DNA of 64,000 nucleotides from Escherichia coli (GTDB lineage Bacteria; Pseudomonadota; Gammaproteobacteria; Enterobacterales; Enterobacteriaceae): NCBI RefSeq assembly GCF_050320075.1, contig NZ_CP190018.1; one strand, 5' to 3'. Shown piece by piece: positions 58,850 to 64,000 of this stretch (position 1 is its first letter; each line of letters starts with the position of its first letter). The notes under the pieces were generated by a model. It saw only the letters and a program-made list of their open reading frames with translations, ran no database searches and was not told where the DNA came from. The position numbers and the translations under genes were made by a program.

Positions 58850-60331
58850 TTATTCCCAGCACTGGGTGTCCGGAATCATTTTCTCCAGTCTGGGCACGGA
58901 TAAGATAAAACACGTTGAGTGTACGTCCGATTCCACCTGCACTCTTCCGTGATGTGCTTCCACGATTGACTTCACAATCGCAAGGCCGATGCCGCTGCCT
59001 TCTCCTTTTCGTTGTCTGGACGGATCCACCCGATAAAAACGGTCAAACAACCTTGATAAATGCTCTTCAGGGATTGGTTTCCCCGGATTTTCAATCACAA
59101 GGTCAAAAAAGCTCTCCTGCTCTCTTATTGAGACGGTGATTGCCTGTCCCTCCGGGGTATAACGCAGGGCATTGGATAACAGATTATTGATCGCCCTTCT
59201 GAACATTTGTGGATCTCCCTCAACCAGGCAGGGCATCCCGTTAAATTTGAGCGTGATATTGCGTTCTTCGGCCCAGGCTTCGAAAAACTCGAAGACTTTC
59301 ATGACTTCCGCTCTGAGGTCAAACATGACCCTGTCAGGTATCAGCTGATTATTATCTGCCTGTGCCAGGAACAGCATATCGCTGACCATTTTGGTCATCC
59401 GGTTATACTCTTCAAGACTGGAATAGAGGACATCCTCAAGTTCCCTCTGTGTTCGATCCTGACTCAGTGCGATTTCAGTCTGCGTCACCAGATTGGTGAT
59501 GGGCGTTCTGATCTCATGCGCGATATCGGCAGAGAAATTGGCCTGGCGGGTAAAGACATCCTCAATCTTTCCAATCATATGATTGAACGAGATAACCAGT
59601 TGCTCCAGCTCAATGGGAACGCGTGTCGGTTCCAGTCGCGCATCAAGATTCTCGGAGGTGATGTTTTTAATGGCATTGCTGACATTACGAAGGGGCAGGT
59701 GCCCCTGACGGACAGCGATTCGAATGATCAGAACAATCAACAGGCTTATCACGACGGCAATCGCAATCAGGTTCTTTTTCAGCGCATCGAGGTAATGGAG
59801 ATGGAAATTAATGGATAGGCCAGTCAGCATGACATAGTTCTGCTGTTTGCCCTGAAATATCGCCTGACCAGAGGAGGCGATAATCCTGTATGTTTCCATC
59901 TTCATTTTGGACCCGGTATCCATCGGTCCCGCAGGATCCTCCACCGTCCAGAGAAAGACATCCCGTGCGCGGCTGTGCTCGCTAAAATCTGCTGAATTCA
60001 CTGCCGGGCGTAGTGCCGCCCCCTGAGCTGAGCTAAAGAGCACTTCCCCCCTGGGATTGAGGAGCAAAAGGGCAACGTTGCGGTAGCTGGCAATTGATTC
60101 CTTTATTTTGCTTATTTTTTTATCATCCGGATCCACCGGGGACTGCAGTATACGGTTCAGTGTGGTGCTGATTTGTTGAAGATCGCTGACATCCTGCTCG
60201 GCAAAATGATTTTCAACAGAATGCAGCATAAACCAGGTGAATGCGATAAAAGCCAGTATCGTGGACAGACTGATAAAAAAGGTCAGCCGCAGAGCGAGTG
60301 AGAAAGGGCGTCTGGAAGGTTTGCTATGCAT
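58850..60331 (-). CDS. silS: Two-component sensor histidine kinase SilS
   Basis: 493-aa ORF with two TM segments, H-box (DIAHEIRTP) and ATPase domain; stop overlaps silR. Confidence 0.85.
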   Translation of the reverse strand: MHSKPSRRPFSLALRLTFFISLSTILAFIAFTWFMLHSVENHFAEQDVSDLQQISTTLNRILQSPVDPDDKKISKIKESIASYRNVALLLLNPRGEVLFSSAQGAALRPAVNSADFSEHSRARDVFLWTVEDPAGPMDTGSKMKMETYRIIASSGQAIFQGKQQNYVMLTGLSINFHLHYLDALKKNLIAIAVVISLLIVLIIRIAVRQGHLPLRNVSNAIKNITSENLDARLEPTRVPIELEQLVISFNHMIGKIEDVFTRQANFSADIAHEIRTPITNLVTQTEIALSQDRTQRELEDVLYSSLEEYNRMTKMVSDMLFLAQADNNQLIPDRVMFDLRAEVMKVFEFFEAWAEERNITLKFNGMPCLVEGDPQMFRRAINNLLSNALRYTPEGQAITVSIREQESFFDLVIENPGKPIPEEHLSRLFDRFYRVDPSRQRKGEGSGIGLAIVKSIVEAHHGRVQVESDVHSTCFILSVPRLEKMIPDTQCWE

Positions 60332-61004
60332 CCGGGACCTCCAGCATGTAGCCCACGCCCCGGACTGTCTGGATCAGCTTTGTCTCGTAATCGTTGTCTA
60401 TTTTAGCGCGGAGTCGCTTTACTGCGACATCGATCGCATTAGTGTCGCTGTCAAAATTCATGTCCCAGACCTGAGAGGCAATCAGGGAGCGGGGAAGAAC
60501 CTCTCCCTGATGGCGAATGAAGAATTCCAGCAGGCTGAACTCTTTACTGGTGAGCACAATGCGGTTTCCGGCGCGACTGACTTTTCTGGATACGAGATCA
60601 ATCGAGAGGTCAGCCACCTTAAACTGGCTTTCCGTGATCATCGTGTTTCCCCGCCTCAGAAGGGTTCTCACCCGGGCGAGCAGTTCGGCAAACGCAAAGG
60701 GTTTAACCAGATAATCGTCCGCACCCAGTTCCAGTCCTTTGACCCTATGTTCGATCGTGCCGAGGGCTGTCAGCAGTAAGACCGGCATACCCTTTCCGGC
60801 AGTGCGCAGCATGCGGATGATATCCCAGCCGTTCACATCAGGTAGCATGATATCCAGAATGACTAAATCATACTCGGCTGTCATGGCGAGATGATATCCG
60901 GTAAGACCATTATCAGCGTGATCCACTACGAACCCTGCCTCTGTAAGCCCTTTGCTGAGATATTCACCTGTTTTAATTTCGTCTTCGACGATCAATATTT
61001 TCAT
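60324..61004 (-). CDS. silR: OmpR-family response regulator SilR
   Basis: 226-aa ORF with receiver domain ([11 protein letters not shown]) and winged-helix output. Confidence 0.85.
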   Translation of the reverse strand: MKILIVEDEIKTGEYLSKGLTEAGFVVDHADNGLTGYHLAMTAEYDLVILDIMLPDVNGWDIIRMLRTAGKGMPVLLLTALGTIEHRVKGLELGADDYLVKPFAFAELLARVRTLLRRGNTMITESQFKVADLSIDLVSRKVSRAGNRIVLTSKEFSLLEFFIRHQGEVLPRSLIASQVWDMNFDSDTNAIDVAVKRLRAKIDNDYETKLIQTVRGVGYMLEVPDA

Positions 61005-61071
61005 CTTGCTCCCCGGCTGGCTGCTAATGTCATTCTATTGCGCCCACGATCGTTATCAACGGATTACAGCA

Positions 61072-61092
61072 AAAATGACAACATTGTCATTA
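61072..61092. promoter_or_regulatory. SilR/CusR box in the silR / silC divergent promoter region
   Basis: aaaatgacaacattgtcatta matches AAAATGACAA-NN-TTGTCATTTT. Confidence 0.6.
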
Positions 61093-61193
61093 TCCTGTCA
61101 CCCGGCAAACAGAGAGCGTTAGGTAAAGTACCCCTATCAATACTCTGGACTTCATTTGAACCATTTACCAGGTCTGCCTGGACGAGAAGCGTT

Positions 61194-62579
61194 ATGTTCA
61201 AATTAAAATTACTCAGCATTAGCACGATATTCATCCTGGCAGGCTGCGTGTCGCTTGCGCCTGAATATCAGCGGCCCGCAGCACCGGTACCCCAGCAGTT
61301 TTCACTGTCCCATAACAGCCTGACGCCAGCGGTAAATGGCTATCAGGATACGGGCTGGCGTAACTTTTTTGTCGATCCCCAGGTTACCCGGTTGATCGGT
61401 GAAGCTCTGACTAATAACCGTGATTTGAGAATGGCTGCCCTGAAGGTTGAAGAGGCCCGAGCCCAGTTCAACGTCACGGATGCAGATCGTTATCCCCAGC
61501 TGAATGCCTCATCCGGGATAACATACAGCGGTGGTCTGAAAGGTGACAAGCCGACCACACAGGAGTACGACGCGAGACTGGAGCTCAGCTATGAGCTCGA
61601 TTTTTTCGGCAAACTTAAGAACATGAGTGATGCTGATCGCCAGAACTACTTTGCCAGCGAAGAAGCCCGTCGGGCCGTACACATCCTGCTGGTATCCAAC
61701 GTTTCACAAAGCTATTTCAGCCAGCAACTGGCGTACGAACAACTTCGTATTGCGCGGGAAACGCTGAAAAATTATCAACAGTCCTATGCTTTCGTTGAGC
61801 AGCAGCTCGTGACCGGGAGTACGAACGTTCTGGCACTTGAACAGGCGCGAGGACAAATCGAAAGTACCCGCGCCGAAATAGCCAAACGAGAAGGCGATCT
61901 GGCTCAGGCAAACAATGCCCTGCAACTGGTGCTGGGAACGTACCGCGCACTTCCGTCAGAAAAAGGGATGAAAGGCGGGGAGATAGCCCCAGTAAAATTG
62001 CCACCAAATCTGTCTTCACAAATTTTGCTGCAGCGACCGGATATTATGGAAGCGGAATATCAGCTGAAAGCGGCTGATGCCAATATTGGCGCAGCGCGAG
62101 CGGCCTTTTTCCCCTCAATTACCCTGACCAGTGGTCTTTCCGCAAGCAGTACGGAGCTGTCCAGCCTGTTTACGTCAGGAAGTGGAATGTGGAATTTTAT
62201 CCCTAAAATTGAAATTCCTATATTTAATGCTGGCAGGAATAAAGCCAATCTGAAGCTGGCTGAAATTCGCCAGCAACAGTCGGTGGTTAATTACGAACAA
62301 AAAATTCAGTCAGCCTTTAAGGATGTTTCCGACACGCTTGCGCTGCGCGACAGCCTTAGCCAGCAACTTGAGTCACAGCAGCGTTATCTTGATTCACTTC
62401 AGATAACTCTCCAGCGTGCCAGAGGATTGTATGCAAGTGGTGCTGTCAGTTACATCGAAGTGCTGGATGCAGAACGTTCCCTCTTCGCTACCCAGCAAAC
62501 CATTCTCGATCTTACCTATTCCCGGCAGGTTAACGAAATTAATCTGTTTACCGCGCTGGGTGGCGGTTGGGTAGAGTAA
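61194..62579 (+). CDS. silC: Outer-membrane efflux lipoprotein SilC (CusC-like)
   Basis: Track ORF 60891..62579 trimmed to MFKLKLLSISTIFILAGCVSLA (ATG 61194, lipobox LAGC), 461 aa. Confidence 0.85.
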   Translation: MFKLKLLSISTIFILAGCVSLAPEYQRPAAPVPQQFSLSHNSLTPAVNGYQDTGWRNFFVDPQVTRLIGEALTNNRDLRMAALKVEEARAQFNVTDADRYPQLNASSGITYSGGLKGDKPTTQEYDARLELSYELDFFGKLKNMSDADRQNYFASEEARRAVHILLVSNVSQSYFSQQLAYEQLRIARETLKNYQQSYAFVEQQLVTGSTNVLALEQARGQIESTRAEIAKREGDLAQANNALQLVLGTYRALPSEKGMKGGEIAPVKLPPNLSSQILLQRPDIMEAEYQLKAADANIGAARAAFFPSITLTSGLSASSTELSSLFTSGSGMWNFIPKIEIPIFNAGRNKANLKLAEIRQQQSVVNYEQKIQSAFKDVSDTLALRDSLSQQLESQQRYLDSLQITLQRARGLYASGAVSYIEVLDAERSLFATQQTILDLTYSRQVNEINLFTALGGGWVE

Positions 62580-62606
62580 ATTTATTTAATTAATCAGGAA
62601 ATTAAA

Positions 62607-62960
62607 ATGCGTAATTCACTTAAAGCCGTTTTATTTGGTGCCTTCTCTGTCATGTTTTCTGCCGGTCTTCATGCTGAAACACATCAGCATGGCGATATGA
62701 ATACTGCCAGTGATGCTTCGGTACAGCAAGTTATCAAGGGCACCGGTGTCGTTAAAGACATTGATATGAATACTAAGAAAATCACCATTTCGCATGAAGC
62801 AATTCCAGCGGTGGGCTGGCCTGCAATGACCATGCGCTTTACTTTTGTTAATGCAGACGATGCTATTAATGCCCTGAAAACAGGCAACCATGTCGATTTC
62901 TCGTTTATTCAGCAGGGCAATATCTCCTTACTCAAAAGCATTAACGTGACGCAGTCCTGA
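62607..62960 (+). CDS. silF: Periplasmic metallochaperone SilF (CusF-like)
   Basis: 117-aa ORF with signal peptide and Met/His/Trp metal site context (WPAMTMRF). Confidence 0.85.
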   Translation: MRNSLKAVLFGAFSVMFSAGLHAETHQHGDMNTASDASVQQVIKGTGVVKDIDMNTKKITISHEAIPAVGWPAMTMRFTFVNADDAINALKTGNHVDFSFIQQGNISLLKSINVTQS

Positions 62961-63073
62961 TTGGCTGTCCGGAGCGATTACATCCTGTGCGCCTGTACAT
63001 TCACATAGGTATATGTGTGAGTTAACCGTCAGGCGCATATGCCAGGTGTTTTGATTTTTTAGCGGAAAATTGT

Positions 63074-64000
63074 ATGGCTTCTTTAAAGATAAAATATGCT
63101 GCAATAATTATCAGCAGCCTCATAGCAGGGGGGCTGATATCGGTTACTGCCTGGCAGTATGTAAACTCAGCACAAAAGACAGAAAAAACAGAACAAAAGG
63201 CACCGGAACGAAAGGTGCTTTTCTGGTATGACCCAATGAAACCGGATACCAAATTTGATAAACCCGGAAAATCGCCCTTTATGGATATGGACCTGGTGCC
63301 AAAATATGCTGATGACAGTGGCGATAAAAGCAGTGGCGGGATCCGTATCGACCCAACCCAGGTTCAGAATCTGGGATTAAAAACGCAAAAAGTCACGCGA
63401 GGAATGCTGAATTATTCTCAGACAATCCCGGCTAATGTCAGCTATAACGAGTATCAGTTTGTTATTGTGCAGGCGCGTTCTGACGGGTTTGTCGAAAAAG
63501 TCTACCCCATGACGATTGGCGATCATGTGAAGAAGGGGACGCCACTTATCGATATTACCATTCCGGACTGGGTGGAAGCACAGAGTGAATTCCTTCTGTT
63601 ATCCAGCACCGGTGGTACTTCCACGCAAATTAAAGGCGTTCTGGAACGGCTTCGCCTGGCAGGTATGCCGGAAGAGGATATTCAGAGACTGCGTTCTACC
63701 CGGAGCATTCAGACCCGTTTTACCATTAAAGCACCTATTGATGGTGTCATTACTGCATTTGACCTGCGCACCGGCATGAATATTTCGAAAGATAAGGTGG
63801 TGGCTCAGATTCAGGGAATGGACCCGGTCTGGATCAGCGCTGCAGTGCCAGAATCTATCGCCTATCTGCTGAAAGATACGTCGCAGTTTGAAATTTCGGT
63901 ACCGGCTTATCCGGATAAAACATTCCATGTCGAAAAATGGAATATTCTTCCCAGCGTGGATCAGACAACCCGTACGCTTCAGGTCCGTCTCCAGGTTTCT
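63074..64000 (+). CDS. silB: RND membrane fusion protein SilB (CusB-like), 5' part; continues past the window end
   Basis: ATG at 63074 (MASLKIKYAAIIISSLIAGGLISVTAWQY..), open to the window end, so absent from the ORF track. Confidence 0.8.
   Translation, partial: MASLKIKYAAIIISSLIAGGLISVTAWQYVNSAQKTEKTEQKAPERKVLFWYDPMKPDTKFDKPGKSPFMDMDLVPKYADDSGDKSSGGIRIDPTQVQNLGLKTQKVTRGMLNYSQTIPANVSYNEYQFVIVQARSDGFVEKVYPMTIGDHVKKGTPLIDITIPDWVEAQSEFLLLSSTGGTSTQIKGVLERLRLAGMPEEDIQRLRSTRSIQTRFTIKAPIDGVITAFDLRTGMNISKDKVVAQIQGMDPVWISAAVPESIAYLLKDTSQFEISVPAYPDKTFHVEKWNILPSVDQTTRTLQVRLQVS

Noticed and set aside
63599..63928. 109-aa ORF on the minus strand
   Set aside because: Antisense to the silB coding sequence, which is open through the window end.

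Overview
This window reads as an Escherichia coli chromosomal segment collinear with the K-12 dctA to yhiN region (about 78 min), but from a strain with extra accessory DNA. All calls rest on reading the six-frame translations and the DNA by eye and on recalled knowledge of these families; no database search or alignment tool was run. Core genes, in order: dctA (3' part), yhjJ, kdgK, pdeH, yhjG, yhjE, yhjD, yhjC, yhjB, treF, ccp, then the acid fitness island (gadA, gadX, the antisense sRNA gadY, gadW, mdtF, mdtE, gadE, hdeD, hdeA, hdeB, yhiD, dctR, slp, yhiS), then the arsenic locus (arsC, arsB, arsR), the agr/dinQ small-RNA and toxin locus, and gor, rlmJ, prlC, rsmJ, dtpB, uspA, uspB, pitA, yhiN. 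Three accessory blocks stand out. (1) The chu/shu haem-uptake island (chuVUYXWT, chuA, chuS) sits between yhiD and dctR, with Fur-box-like sites and a FourU-like element in the chuA leader. (2) A two-gene module lies between yhiS and arsC: a permease with the TPFCSCS motif of ArsP-type organoarsenical efflux proteins plus a divergent small ArsR-family regulator with a C-terminal Cys-Cys pair. This is the best candidate here for a poorly described system. (3) A Tn7-like element has inserted into the last codons of yhiN. Its tnsA-like gene is cut by an IS1 that has no flanking target duplication, the rest of the transposition genes appear to be missing, and the cargo is a silver/copper resistance cluster (a DUF305 gene, silE, silS, silR, silC, silF, silB) running off the window end. 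Smaller observations: the dinQ reading frame appears shifted by one extra A relative to the 27-codon ORF the same DNA would otherwise encode, and the agr intergenic region holds a short degenerate copy of codons from the 3' part of gor. No rRNA, tRNA or CRISPR array was recognised.
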